The notes under the pieces were generated by a model. The model was given only the letters and a program-made list of their open reading frames with translations, did no database searches and was not told where the DNA came from. Below are positions 1 to 9,899 of a DNA stretch of 64,000 nt, piece by piece (the stretch's first letter is position 1; each line of letters opens with the position of its first letter). The translations under genes were made by a program, and so were the position numbers. The stretch lies in the NCBI RefSeq assembly GCF_002087085.1, contig NZ_MWQY01000010.1, forward strand, positions 62,001-126,000, written 5' to 3'.

Positions 1-74
1 GGCGGATAAAAAAACTCAATCCACCCCGGAACTAATCCCAGGGACCAGAGTCCCGGTCCCCGCTCTGCCCTCTT

Positions 75-1205
75 TTAAACCTGAATTGGATACCTGCCGT
101 ATTTCTCCCGCGCCTCCATCATGGCTGCATAGTTTTCCAGGGTGGTTCCGTTCTCCAGGCCGTTTCCGCTGGCCAGGACCAGACCTCCTCCAGGGGCTGC
201 ATTCTGGATGGCGTATTGTGCTTCCCGCTCCACATCCTCCGGACTTCCCTGGATGAGGGTCTCGCAGTTCACCCCTCCAAAAAAGCAGAGCCTGCCGCGG
301 TACTTCTCCTTCAGGAGCTTGAAGTCCATCCCGATACTCGACTGGATACCGTGCCAGCCATCAACCCCCGCCTCCACCAGGTCATCCAGAATATCCCAGG
401 TTCGTCCGTCGGTGTGTTTGATAAAATAGCCCCCCTTGGCGTGGGTGGCCTCAACCTGTTTTCTGATGCCCGGCAGAATAAACTCGGCGAACCGTTCATA
501 ACCCATCATCAGGCCCCGGTTATCCGCATAGTCATCCGTGGGCATAACGGCGTCGGCTCCGGCATCGAGAAAGGCGTTTATATAGGCGATACTGCGGTTA
601 ACATAAACCTCCGAGGCCTTCTTAACGAAATCCGGATCAAGGATCATCCGGACCATGTACTCCTCGATTCCCACGGTCTGCTTGTAGGCGAAGGTCCCGT
701 CCAGGGGCAGGCGGGCAATAATGAAATGGGTTTTCTTCATTTCAGCTATTACCCCCCGGATTACCTCCAGTTCGCTCTCATCAACCTTAAAGTCTTCATC
801 CGCATCCGGCAGCTCGTCAATGGTCATTTCGGTGTTGTAGACCTGGCTGACAAGCTGTCCGACCCCCGGATTGTAATGAAACTGCTGTCCGGAATCATCC
901 TCCCAGGAGTACTCCCCCAGCATTTTGGGCTTTTTATACTCCCTGTCCGCTGGGGAGGCGGGAATACGTATGTAGTCATGACCGAGGAGCTTCGGCAGCC
1001 CGGTCAGGGTGCTGATGGAATCCTGTATATAGTCGTCCCTGCGGCCGTCCCAGCAGGCCTTAAGTTCGGCGAAGCCGTTTCCGTACATGACCTCCCGCTT
1101 GAGGTATTTCTCCACCAGACTGTGGTGAATATGGTTTTCCCCCATGGGGACAAGATCCGGCTCCCGGTGCTGGAGCTGAGCGATTACCCGTTCTCGTGGC
1201 AACAA
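75..1205 (-). CDS. Uroporphyrinogen decarboxylase (URO-D/MtaA-fold) family protein
   Basis: MxPRERV N-terminus, DDYAD, KHTDG, FFGGVN and GGGLVLASGN motifs; TTG start with AGGAGG RBS. Confidence 0.85.
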   Translation of the reverse strand: MLPRERVIAQLQHREPDLVPMGENHIHHSLVEKYLKREVMYGNGFAELKACWDGRRDDYIQDSISTLTGLPKLLGHDYIRIPASPADREYKKPKMLGEYSWEDDSGQQFHYNPGVGQLVSQVYNTEMTIDELPDADEDFKVDESELEVIRGVIAEMKKTHFIIARLPLDGTFAYKQTVGIEEYMVRMILDPDFVKKASEVYVNRSIAYINAFLDAGADAVMPTDDYADNRGLMMGYERFAEFILPGIRKQVEATHAKGGYFIKHTDGRTWDILDDLVEAGVDGWHGIQSSIGMDFKLLKEKYRGRLCFFGGVNCETLIQGSPEDVEREAQYAIQNAAPGGGLVLASGNGLENGTTLENYAAMMEAREKYGRYPIQV

Positions 1206-1259
1206 AATACAACCTCCTGGTACTGATGATCAGACTGTCTGCACGTCTTCTGCTTATAA

Positions 1260-1276
1260 TGCAAAATACATGCCAA
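1260..1276 (-). promoter_or_regulatory. sigma-54 (-24/-12) promoter
   Basis: Minus strand TTGGCATG-TATT-TTGCA versus consensus TGGCACG-N4-TTGCW, about 55 nt upstream of the 1205 start. Confidence 0.8.
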
Positions 1277-1396
1277 AAAAATCAAATGAAACAACTTAAT
1301 AAATGCATATACCACATGCACTTAAAAACCACAATACTCTGTATGCACCGAACCGCGTCTCGTGTGTCGCCAGGATGCGAAACACGGCTGCATCAT

Positions 1397-1415
1397 ATGT
1401 TGCACGGTGCAACAT
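1397..1415. promoter_or_regulatory. Palindromic upstream activator site candidate
   Basis: Perfect palindrome ATGTTGCAC-G-GTGCAACAT about 120-140 bp upstream of the sigma-54 promoter. Confidence 0.55.
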
Positions 1416-1437
1416 TACTATCGATCTGACGCTGGTT

Positions 1438-3687
1438 CTACAGGTCTTCGCCCATCACCATGGCATGCTGCGCCGACACGGGACTTTCGCAGGCAACCAT
1501 CTCTGCCGCGCAGAGATAACGTGCCTTGTCCGGCAGTTTTTCCCCGTCTCTCTCAGCATAATCCCTGATATAATTGAGAACTCTTATTCTTTTTTCATCG
1601 CCGGTTACAGCGGTCTTCTGAATGATGAAATCCAGAAGCAGGGGCGGGTACTCCGGTCCGTGCAGGTAAGCGATCAGCCTGGACAAAGATTCAGAATTAC
1701 CGGATTCCGGGATTTCCCCTCTCAAGGCATTCAGGCCTTCCTTCGAATCCTGCAGATACAGGGAAAAATGGGAATAAAACCATAAGCCTGTTTGCAGCAG
1801 TCCGGCGGCACTGAGAATCAGGTCGTCGATAATGTGGGGATGAGGACAGCCGGATATTTTTTCGAAAATCAACGGAAGGGCCTCAATCCGTTCCATGATT
1901 TCCAGCGCTTTAACAAGGTAAATTATTTCCCTGGGATTCATATTTTCCCTCAGACTATTGATGACTTTTTCCTCCAGTCCGTCGGAGCAAAAATATGCAA
2001 GCGCAAGGGCGGCCTTGCTTTTCAGCAGGTAGTCCTGTGAATCAAGGGCTTCCGTAAGAGCGTCCTCGGCTTCCTGTCTGATTCGCATGTCCGTGCATTT
2101 ACCGGATTTAGCCAGATCCCCCAGAATTCTGGCGGCGATGTGAGCCGTCGTAAAGGGGTTGTTTCTGACCTGATCGATAAGGAGTCCGAGGGTATTTTTA
2201 TCGGCCCCAAACTGTTCCAGTGACAGCAGGGTCTCGGTCCGCACAAAAATACTGGGAGACTTGAGGCGTTTATGCAGTTCCGAAATGGTAATCCTGTCTT
2301 TTGTTCCCCCCATGGCGAGAACAATACTGCGTTCCTCGTCTTCAGACCTAACCCGCTGAAGCTTGTTCATATAGTACATGGCCTTAAGTGCCCGAGCACT
2401 GAATACGGCGCGAATTGCAGCGGGAATCGCAATGCTTCTGGCGGCAGGCAGATATGCCAGTACGATAATATTGGCAATAAAAAACAGACTTGAACCGAGA
2501 AAATATACGCGAAACGAGATAAGGCTCTGGTTGAAATATCCCTGCAACCAGCCAAGCAGGAAGCCCCCGCCCAGCGACCCGATCATACCGAAAAAACCAC
2601 GGGCCATGTTTATAATTATGCCCAGATCAAGATGATCTTCCGGTTTCGTTGTGGACAGAAAGTAGATATCTGCAACAGCGTTAAATCCCCAGTAGGTCAT
2701 TTGTTCAAGAAAAAAAGCTGTACAGAGAAAGAAAATTGTAAGAAACCACGAAGAAAAAACCGGAGCCGCAATAACCAGTAACAGGAACAGCAAACGCAGG
2801 GCATTGAAAAAAAAGTATACCGGTCGCGGACCTATACGGTCCGAAAGAAATCGCAGTAATCCCGCCATGGTCAGCGCCCCAAGGGCACCAGAAACCGTAA
2901 AGTACACGACCATATTATCAGGCTGCGTGTACACATCCTTTGCATAAACAACGATGAAACCAAGGGACATTCCTATGCCTATGTTGCTGAACATGACAAG
3001 AAGAAACAAGCGTGAGAACTCGGGACGGGGAAACGCCTTAACCATGTTTCTGAACAATGATTGTGAAGAAGCTTTAGGTCCGTTCCATGGCTCGGGTATT
3101 TGAAGGGTGTAGTACGAGGCAAAAACCCCTGCGATAATCCCGAAAAATATGAATATCCCATACATGAACAGCGGGCTGTCTTTTCCCAGCAATACAGCCA
3201 TGAGCAGTCCCATGGCGATGTGGCCGGAGAAAAGAATGATATTGTTCATGGAGATAAATGCCGCTCGATCACTGTCTCTGGTTATAAAGCCCTGTATGGG
3301 TTTTTCCGCCGCCAGGGCGATACCCTTGAAAAGGTTAAACCCGAAAACACCAAGACTTATGGTACCCAATGCCAGAACAGGAGATTCTCTGACAGCGGGA
3401 ATAAGGGTTAACAGCACCGGGGCCATAACCAGATAACGGGCGAGCCAGAAAAAACCCTTTGTCTTTACCGCTCCCAAACGTCCGGCAATTCGTCGGCCAA
3501 ATATACTGAATACGAAAGTAACGGAAGTCAGGGCAGACAAAAAACCGATAAGATGAGTCCCGGCGCCCAGGCGGATTGCATACAGGAACAGAATATTCCC
3601 CGCAAGCAAGCTTATGGAGATAACATTAAAGGCCATGAAGAGGTAATAATTCCGTTGTGCCCGGCGAAGCTGCCTATACGTCAACAT
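1438..3687 (-). CDS. MFS-type transporter with C-terminal HEAT-like helical domain
   Basis: About 12 hydrophobic segments in the first ~420 aa, then a soluble region with HEAT-like repeats (AARILG, KAALALA). Confidence 0.75.
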   Translation of the reverse strand: MLTYRQLRRAQRNYYLFMAFNVISISLLAGNILFLYAIRLGAGTHLIGFLSALTSVTFVFSIFGRRIAGRLGAVKTKGFFWLARYLVMAPVLLTLIPAVRESPVLALGTISLGVFGFNLFKGIALAAEKPIQGFITRDSDRAAFISMNNIILFSGHIAMGLLMAVLLGKDSPLFMYGIFIFFGIIAGVFASYYTLQIPEPWNGPKASSQSLFRNMVKAFPRPEFSRLFLLVMFSNIGIGMSLGFIVVYAKDVYTQPDNMVVYFTVSGALGALTMAGLLRFLSDRIGPRPVYFFFNALRLLFLLLVIAAPVFSSWFLTIFFLCTAFFLEQMTYWGFNAVADIYFLSTTKPEDHLDLGIIINMARGFFGMIGSLGGGFLLGWLQGYFNQSLISFRVYFLGSSLFFIANIIVLAYLPAARSIAIPAAIRAVFSARALKAMYYMNKLQRVRSEDEERSIVLAMGGTKDRITISELHKRLKSPSIFVRTETLLSLEQFGADKNTLGLLIDQVRNNPFTTAHIAARILGDLAKSGKCTDMRIRQEAEDALTEALDSQDYLLKSKAALALAYFCSDGLEEKVINSLRENMNPREIIYLVKALEIMERIEALPLIFEKISGCPHPHIIDDLILSAAGLLQTGLWFYSHFSLYLQDSKEGLNALRGEIPESGNSESLSRLIAYLHGPEYPPLLLDFIIQKTAVTGDEKRIRVLNYIRDYAERDGEKLPDKARYLCAAEMVACESPVSAQHAMVMGEDL

Positions 3688-3748
3688 CTTTTACTGCATC
3701 CTGGTGCTTTTATGAGTCTGTTTTTTTGCTGTGTGGTAAGTACCTTCT

Positions 3749-4663
3749 TCAAATTACCCGCAAAAAAGGTTTCACCGATTCCATGATCCTGTCCAGCATG
3801 GCAAAGCTCAGTTCATCCATCTCCGGCCATCCCGCGGGCCTGCAGCCGGCGAAATCCAGTATTCCGCGCTTTTTGAGCATATGCTTGTAGGAGATTATCG
3901 GATAGGTTCCCCCAAACAGCAGGGCCGGCAGTACCTTGCTGTGCAGCTCAAAGGCCCCCGAGGCATCACCCTTCTCCAGAAGGTTCCAGACATCGACGAT
4001 CACATCGGTAAACTGGCTTGGCGGCATGGTTCCGCAGATACCGCGCTGATACTCTTCGATGATATTTCGTGCGCCGTTTCCGCCCATTATACCCTGCAAG
4101 CCGGAAGGGGTTTCGGAGTCGATTTCCAATATCGCCGATATCATGGCATTGGTACGGGGGCTCTCTTCCTTCAAGTAGCCTATATTGTCCAGTTCACGGA
4201 TGAGCCTCATTATGAACCGGGCACTCATAACCGTTCCCAGGGGCGGAAAGAGGTGCTGAATCATTATGGGGATGCTGACTGCGTCGTTGATCCGACGATA
4301 ATAATCATACAGTTCAGGTTCCGTTACCTTCATCAAGTGCGGCGGCGCGGCGATTATGCCGTCGGCGCCCACTGCCTGGGCATGCTGTGCAAGGTCGACA
4401 GCCCTACCGACATAGGCGGAAGTCACCCCCGCCAGGACAGGCGCCTTTCCATTGACTTCCCGTACAGTTACCTCGACGATCTTCTTCCGCTCCTCGTCGT
4501 CCAAAACAAAGTATTCCGTCGCGTAGACCGGAATTACGATTCCGTGGGCGCCGCAGTCCAGGCAGAAACGGACACAACGGCGAATGCCCTCGTAATCGAC
4601 ACTCAGATCCTGGTGATAGACCGCGGGGGGAATGGTAAAAACTCCACGAAACTGACCTTTCAT
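3749..4663 (-). CDS. Dihydrodipicolinate synthase (DapA/NanA) family aldolase/dehydratase
   Basis: FRGVF..P, EYFVLDDEER, PVLAGV, Schiff-base Lys in YLKEES. Confidence 0.85.
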   Translation of the reverse strand: MKGQFRGVFTIPPAVYHQDLSVDYEGIRRCVRFCLDCGAHGIVIPVYATEYFVLDDEERKKIVEVTVREVNGKAPVLAGVTSAYVGRAVDLAQHAQAVGADGIIAAPPHLMKVTEPELYDYYRRINDAVSIPIMIQHLFPPLGTVMSARFIMRLIRELDNIGYLKEESPRTNAMISAILEIDSETPSGLQGIMGGNGARNIIEEYQRGICGTMPPSQFTDVIVDVWNLLEKGDASGAFELHSKVLPALLFGGTYPIISYKHMLKKRGILDFAGCRPAGWPEMDELSFAMLDRIMESVKPFLRVI

Positions 4664-4705
4664 GTATACTCCTTAACTGTGGCTCTCCGGACAGAATCAG
4701 GCCGC

Positions 4706-5551
4706 CTACTCCTTCTGCTGCAGTGCCTTCAGGACATCCTCCATGGAAGGACTGTCTCCGGCATCCTTGAACGTGGAAATCCTCTGGTAAATTATCGCCG
4801 CCGACCGGTGAAAACCTCCGGGAATATCCGCTTGCTCCAGGGTCTCTGCAATCTCCAGCATTTCCCCTTCAAAGCGCCAGGCCTTCGCGGTAACCGCCCG
4901 GATCCTGTCACTGATTTTCTGCGCTTTATCCGGAGCCTCCCGCTCCCACTGGGTCCGGAGTTCCTTCAGCACACCAAGCCTGTCGGCGGCGGCATTAACG
5001 GCGCACAGCAGGGCAAGGGTTCCCTTGGTATTGGCGGCGTAGCACATCTTCAGCGCAGAGGCCTTCCCGGCATCGGTTCCGATTACCTCTGTCAGAAGAG
5101 AAGTATCCCTGAAATATCCAGCGATCTGTGCAGCGCTTCTTCCCGACAGGTAGAGCCATGTACCGCCCCGCGTCCAGGCGGGGCCGCCGATAATGCCGCC
5201 GTCGACGAAATCCGCACCGGCACCATTAATCAGCGAAGCTATCTCCCGAGCATGGACCGGCGAGATGGCGTTAACATCGGCATACAGCCCCTTGTACGAC
5301 AGGGCCGCCACTTCGGCGGCTGTCTCCAGGGCGGTATGGGGAGGACATACGCTGATTATACACGAACAGGTTCCGCACATATCTTCAAGAGAGCTCAACG
5401 GAGTCAGGCCGTGTTTCTCCGCACGCTCCAGGGTTTCGCGGCTTCGACCTTCGGGAATCCAGCAGGCGTCATAGCCGTTTTCAATTACCGCCGCGGCCAG
5501 GGAAACCCCCATGTTGCCGGGATGCAGGAAACCGATACAATTGTCCTTCAC
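4706..5551 (-). CDS. NAD(P)-dependent oxidoreductase (6PGD/3-hydroxyisobutyrate dehydrogenase-like, DUF1932-type)
   Basis: IGFLHPGNMG, YADVNAISP, FVDGGIIGGP, ASALKMCYA. Confidence 0.8.
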   Translation of the reverse strand: MKDNCIGFLHPGNMGVSLAAAVIENGYDACWIPEGRSRETLERAEKHGLTPLSSLEDMCGTCSCIISVCPPHTALETAAEVAALSYKGLYADVNAISPVHAREIASLINGAGADFVDGGIIGGPAWTRGGTWLYLSGRSAAQIAGYFRDTSLLTEVIGTDAGKASALKMCYAANTKGTLALLCAVNAAADRLGVLKELRTQWEREAPDKAQKISDRIRAVTAKAWRFEGEMLEIAETLEQADIPGGFHRSAAIIYQRISTFKDAGDSPSMEDVLKALQQKE

Positions 5552-5581
5552 CGGAAACCTCCTTTCCTAAACAGGAACCTG

Positions 5582-6544
5582 CTATCTGCGATCCGGCACA
5601 ACCACGGGGAATTTGGGCTGTACCCCTTTCATAACATCTTCAATTCCTCTGACAGCATCCATGGAAAGCCTCACCGCCGCCTCTTGAGTGAGCCCAGCGT
5701 TATGGGGAGACAGGATGACATTACCGAGAGAAAAGAGTGGATTGCCGTCAGCAGGAGGTTCGGGATTGAATACATCCAGGGCGGCCCCGGAAATCTCACC
5801 GGACCGAAGCGCTTCGACGAGCTCGGCTTCCCGGACAAGTTTTCCCCGGCCGCAGTTAATTAGATAAGCGCTCTGTTTCATGAGTTTGAACTCAGCGGCG
5901 CCTACGCCCTCCAGGGTCTCATCGGTAACAGGCACGTGCAGACTGACAAAGTCGGCCGTTCTGAACAGATCCTCCCGGCTCCCAAGCAGCTCGATACCTT
6001 CAGGAATGCGCCCCTTGTCGGCATAGGGATCATAGGCCGTTACCTTCATATCCAGTCCATGTATTGCCTTCCGGGCAACTTCCGAACCTATCTTTCCGAG
6101 CCCCAGAAGGCCCAGGGTTTTTCCAGCCAGATCAAAACCGATCTCCCGGTTGCGGAACTCGAAATCTCCGGTCCTGGTGGCCAGGTCCCCGCGGTAGAAG
6201 TTCCGGGCGCAGGCGATGATAAACCCGATGGTGTGTTCGGCCACCGTGGTAATATTCGCCACCGGTGAGTTGACTACCCAGATCCCGAGTTCCTTTGCTG
6301 CATCGAGGTCAACATTATCCACCCCGACTCCGTAACGGGCGATTACCTTCAGCTTTCCCGCAGCTTCGAGAACCTCCCGATCGATGACAGCCGTCCGGAG
6401 GTAGAGGGCTTCGCAATCCGCAATCTCCGCTTTCAGGGTATCCCTGTCTATTCCCGATCCCATCTTTATTTCACAGCCCAGCTCACGCAGATAATCGAGT
6501 CCTGATTTATCCAGCGTCTGCGGGACCAATATCTTGTATGCCAT
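5582..6544 (-). CDS. D-isomer-specific 2-hydroxyacid dehydrogenase (SerA-like, no ACT domain)
   Basis: [33 protein letters not shown]. Confidence 0.9.
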   Translation of the reverse strand: MAYKILVPQTLDKSGLDYLRELGCEIKMGSGIDRDTLKAEIADCEALYLRTAVIDREVLEAAGKLKVIARYGVGVDNVDLDAAKELGIWVVNSPVANITTVAEHTIGFIIACARNFYRGDLATRTGDFEFRNREIGFDLAGKTLGLLGLGKIGSEVARKAIHGLDMKVTAYDPYADKGRIPEGIELLGSREDLFRTADFVSLHVPVTDETLEGVGAAEFKLMKQSAYLINCGRGKLVREAELVEALRSGEISGAALDVFNPEPPADGNPLFSLGNVILSPHNAGLTQEAAVRLSMDAVRGIEDVMKGVQPKFPVVVPDRR

Positions 6545-6563
6545 TACTTCTCCATGTTTCAGT

Positions 6564-7757
6564 TTAGTTACTATCTCCGCCGAAATACTCCAGCGCCAGG
6601 GATTCCCACATTTTTATCTTCTCCAGCTGGTCCTCAAGGTCATCCCCCTGAGGCATCAGGGCGTCCGCCCGTACCGAGAAATTCCCATGGGGGCATTTTT
6701 GTACAATATCTTCCAGTTTCGCTCTCATCCGGGTTTCAGTTGCCATCACAACATCATTGACAGGGTGCAGGCATATCTCCAGGGCCGTTGAATCCCCAAA
6801 GATCAGGTCTGCTTCTTCGTAGGAGGTCCAGGGACCGATATGAACTACATCCAGGTTCGGCAGATTATTTATGGCGGGCAGGAAAGCCGTAATATTCCCG
6901 CAGCTATGCCAGTAGCGCACCCCTCCGTACTTATCGGCCAGCTCCTTCTCGTAGGGAAAAATCAGATCGTCATAAATTTTCGGACCGATGGAAGGACAGT
7001 CGATCTCGTCGTTGAAGAGTTTGATCCTGGAAGGCTCTTCCCCGGTAAACCTGCTGCGTTCCGCGGTCCAGGCCTTCTCCGCGTCCACGATAAAACGCAT
7101 CAGGCGGTGTACCGATTCGGGGTCCGTCAGCACTTCGCAGAACAGATCCGAGATTCCCCTGAGATGCACCGCCATGCAGAAAGGCCCCCGGGCCAGCTCG
7201 GGAAACATGACCTTCATGCGCCCGTCGGCTACTTCGTTCATGACTTCATAAAACTCGTGAACCCTGGGCATCAGGCCGCTGGTATAAAAATCCGGCGGCC
7301 TTAGTCTCTGGATATCATCAAGGGACTGCAGGACCGGACCTTTTATCCATCCCTCTTTATGCTCCTGCCATTCAACCTCGCTGCCGAAGAGGCTCAGCTC
7401 GGTAATGACTCCGAACCAGATATAGAGTTCATCGGTGTAGACATAGTTGTCCCGATACATCTCATGGTGCTTCAGATTTCGCAGCAACTGGAACTCCATG
7501 TGAGTATACGGATCACTATAATAGTCAATCAGATTAGTATTTCCTGTGAGCTTGCGCCACAGGGAAATATCCAGCTCCACGACAAAAGGAACAGTCTCAC
7601 CACTTCTTGAGGGCACAAAACCTCTTGGTTTGTCGCGGTTCCATCCGCCGTGTTCTTTCCACAAGGAAGCGTTCTGCAGGTTACGGGGACTGTTCACAAT
7701 CTCCAGATATCTGTCCATCAGATCCCGAATGGTACGGACCCTCTCTCCCGATATCAT
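6564..7757 (-). CDS. URO-D/MtaA-fold family protein
   Basis: RGPF..A..LRG, IGPKIYDDLIFPYEKEL, WHSCG. Confidence 0.75.
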   Translation of the reverse strand: MISGERVRTIRDLMDRYLEIVNSPRNLQNASLWKEHGGWNRDKPRGFVPSRSGETVPFVVELDISLWRKLTGNTNLIDYYSDPYTHMEFQLLRNLKHHEMYRDNYVYTDELYIWFGVITELSLFGSEVEWQEHKEGWIKGPVLQSLDDIQRLRPPDFYTSGLMPRVHEFYEVMNEVADGRMKVMFPELARGPFCMAVHLRGISDLFCEVLTDPESVHRLMRFIVDAEKAWTAERSRFTGEEPSRIKLFNDEIDCPSIGPKIYDDLIFPYEKELADKYGGVRYWHSCGNITAFLPAINNLPNLDVVHIGPWTSYEEADLIFGDSTALEICLHPVNDVVMATETRMRAKLEDIVQKCPHGNFSVRADALMPQGDDLEDQLEKIKMWESLALEYFGGDSN

Positions 7758-7784
7758 AAAACGCTCTTCCTTGTGTCCATACAG

Positions 7785-9296
7785 CTAATTCTTGATCTGT
7801 TTATTGAACTTGTTAAGGAAAATAACAAAGACCACTGCCAGCACCAGGAAAACGAGGCTGTCAATTTCCGTGAAAAAGATCAGCGGGTTGTTCTCTGAAA
7901 TGGAAAGGACCCGGCGAAAGTATTCCTCGAACAAGGGACCCAGCAGCACAGCCAGGATAAACGGTACAACAGGGTATTTCTGGGCTCGCAGAAAAAAGAC
8001 CAGCACCCCCACTCCAAGGGCCACGAACATCTGAAACACCGTATAGGTCGATGCAAATGCACCGGTCAGGGAAATGGCAGCGATGCTCGAATAGAGAACC
8101 AGGCGGTTAATCTTTACAATCTTGATATAGTAGGGCCCGAGCAGAAAGAGAGACAGAGGTATCAGAACGACCGCCGCGAACAGCAGCGCCGCGTACATGG
8201 GAGCCACCAGGTAGAGCTGCTTGGAGAGGATCTCCGGACCGGGAATAACACCGTAGACCATCAGTACACCGAGAACAATGGCGGTCACGCCGTCACCGGG
8301 AATACCGAAGGTAAGCATCGGCACCAGAGCTCCACCGCAGACCGCGTTATTGGCTGCTTCGGCGCAAGCGATTCCCTCGTAATGACCTGTACCATAGAGC
8401 TCCGGATGTTTGGAAGAACGTTTGCCCTCCGCATAGGAAACAAAGGCCCCCATGCTGCCGCCGGCCCCGGGAAGGACGCCGATAAAATAGCCGATTACTG
8501 CGCTTTTCAAGTAACGCCAGATTCCCACGGACTTAACCTGCTCCCAGGGAGGCAGGAAATCACGCCGCTTGATCTTCAGTCCCGAGGCCTCATCGGACAT
8601 ACGTTTAAAATCGGCGTTGCTGATGGTCGACTGGGTCAGAAGTTCTGCGATGGCGAAGGACCCGATTATTACCGGGACAAAATCAAAACCGTCCAAAAGG
8701 GCCACAGTACCGAAGGTAAAGCGCTGGGTGGGGCGGACGACACCCATGCCAAAGGTTGCCAGGGCCAGTCCCAGGATGATCATGAAGGCGGACTTGGGCC
8801 AGCGCTTTCCATCCAGGGAAGCTATTACAATAAAGGCGAACAGGATAAGCGAAGCCTTTCCGGGAGTACGGATCATCAGGGCAAGTTTCATTGCCAGAGG
8901 CGACACGGCAATCAGCAGCAGCACGCCGATGGTACCGCCGATGGCCGAGGCCAGGGTCGCGTGGCCCAGGGCCCGGGCCCCGAGGCCCTTCTTCATCATT
9001 TCGTGGCCGTCAAGTCCGGTCATGGCCGCAGAGGGCGCGCCGGGAATATTTATGGTTATCGCGGTTATACTGCCGGAGTACATTCCTGCCATGTAAATAC
9101 CCATGCACATAAAGAGCGCCGCGTTCATGGACATACTGTAGGTCATCGGCAGCAGCAGTACGATGGCCAGAGTGGCGGTCAAGCCGGGAATCGATCCGAA
9201 GATTACCCCCACGCCGAATCCTATCACAAGGGTGAACAGGAGTATGGGATCGGCCAGAAGGGTGAAGGACTGCAGAATTTGCGTAAAAGTTGACAT
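7785..9296 (-). CDS. tctA: Tripartite tricarboxylate transporter large membrane subunit
   Basis: GSIPGL, NIPGAPSA, GVLPGAGG, EAANNA, GIPGD motifs. Confidence 0.93.
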   Translation of the reverse strand: MSTFTQILQSFTLLADPILLFTLVIGFGVGVIFGSIPGLTATLAIVLLLPMTYSMSMNAALFMCMGIYMAGMYSGSITAITINIPGAPSAAMTGLDGHEMMKKGLGARALGHATLASAIGGTIGVLLLIAVSPLAMKLALMIRTPGKASLILFAFIVIASLDGKRWPKSAFMIILGLALATFGMGVVRPTQRFTFGTVALLDGFDFVPVIIGSFAIAELLTQSTISNADFKRMSDEASGLKIKRRDFLPPWEQVKSVGIWRYLKSAVIGYFIGVLPGAGGSMGAFVSYAEGKRSSKHPELYGTGHYEGIACAEAANNAVCGGALVPMLTFGIPGDGVTAIVLGVLMVYGVIPGPEILSKQLYLVAPMYAALLFAAVVLIPLSLFLLGPYYIKIVKINRLVLYSSIAAISLTGAFASTYTVFQMFVALGVGVLVFFLRAQKYPVVPFILAVLLGPLFEEYFRRVLSISENNPLIFFTEIDSLVFLVLAVVFVIFLNKFNKQIKN

Positions 9297-9314
9297 TGTT
9301 TCTTCTCCCTTGTG

Positions 9315-9806
9315 CTACAGAATAAGACCAAAGAAGATCTTATCAAACTGGACTTTGAAGATTACCGCGTACAGCAGATAAATGACCGCGGTAACAATTA
9401 CCGAGTAGATGAATTTTCTGAGAAGCTGACGGACCTCATCGTCAAAAAAAACCATGAACAGGAAAACATATCCCAGCATGGCGGGAATGAGACCGATATA
9501 ATAGAAAGCAACAATATAGGCAAACGAGACAATCGAAAGAATGAACGGCGTCGAAACAACCTTGAAAGGTTTCTGTTCAGCTCCTCCGTGTTCCTCCCTG
9601 ACTTCCTGAACCGCGTCGAAAAGGATCTTCGCCCCCAGGGGAATGCCTAACAGCCCCAGGATGAGGGGAAAGAAGGCTTCTCCCGTCTTGTTCCCCACGA
9701 AGAACGTCCCCATTTCAATAGCCAAAGTCAGATAGCCCATCATGGCCAGCAGCATTACCGCCGGCACTACAACTTTCGCGCGCAGATACGGACTGCGGAT
9801 TTCCAT
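9315..9806 (-). CDS. tctB: Tripartite tricarboxylate transporter small membrane subunit
   Basis: 4-5 TM helices, FFP motif, located between tctC and tctA. Confidence 0.8.
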   Translation of the reverse strand: MEIRSPYLRAKVVVPAVMLLAMMGYLTLAIEMGTFFVGNKTGEAFFPLILGLLGIPLGAKILFDAVQEVREEHGGAEQKPFKVVSTPFILSIVSFAYIVAFYYIGLIPAMLGYVFLFMVFFDDEVRQLLRKFIYSVIVTAVIYLLYAVIFKVQFDKIFFGLIL

Positions 9807-9844
9807 ATATGACCTTCCTCTGTTTCAGGATAATTATGCAGACA

Positions 9845-9863
9845 GCGCCCCATAAGGGGGCGC
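9845..9863. other. Intergenic hairpin after tctC
   Basis: GCGCCCC-ATAAG-GGGGCGC. Confidence 0.5.
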
Positions 9864-9899
9864 CGTTTTCTCTTATCTTTTACATACGATGCGGCAGGC

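Noticed and set aside
3881..5863. 660-aa plus-strand ORF
   Set aside because: Antisense shadow of three recognisable genes; no protein motifs
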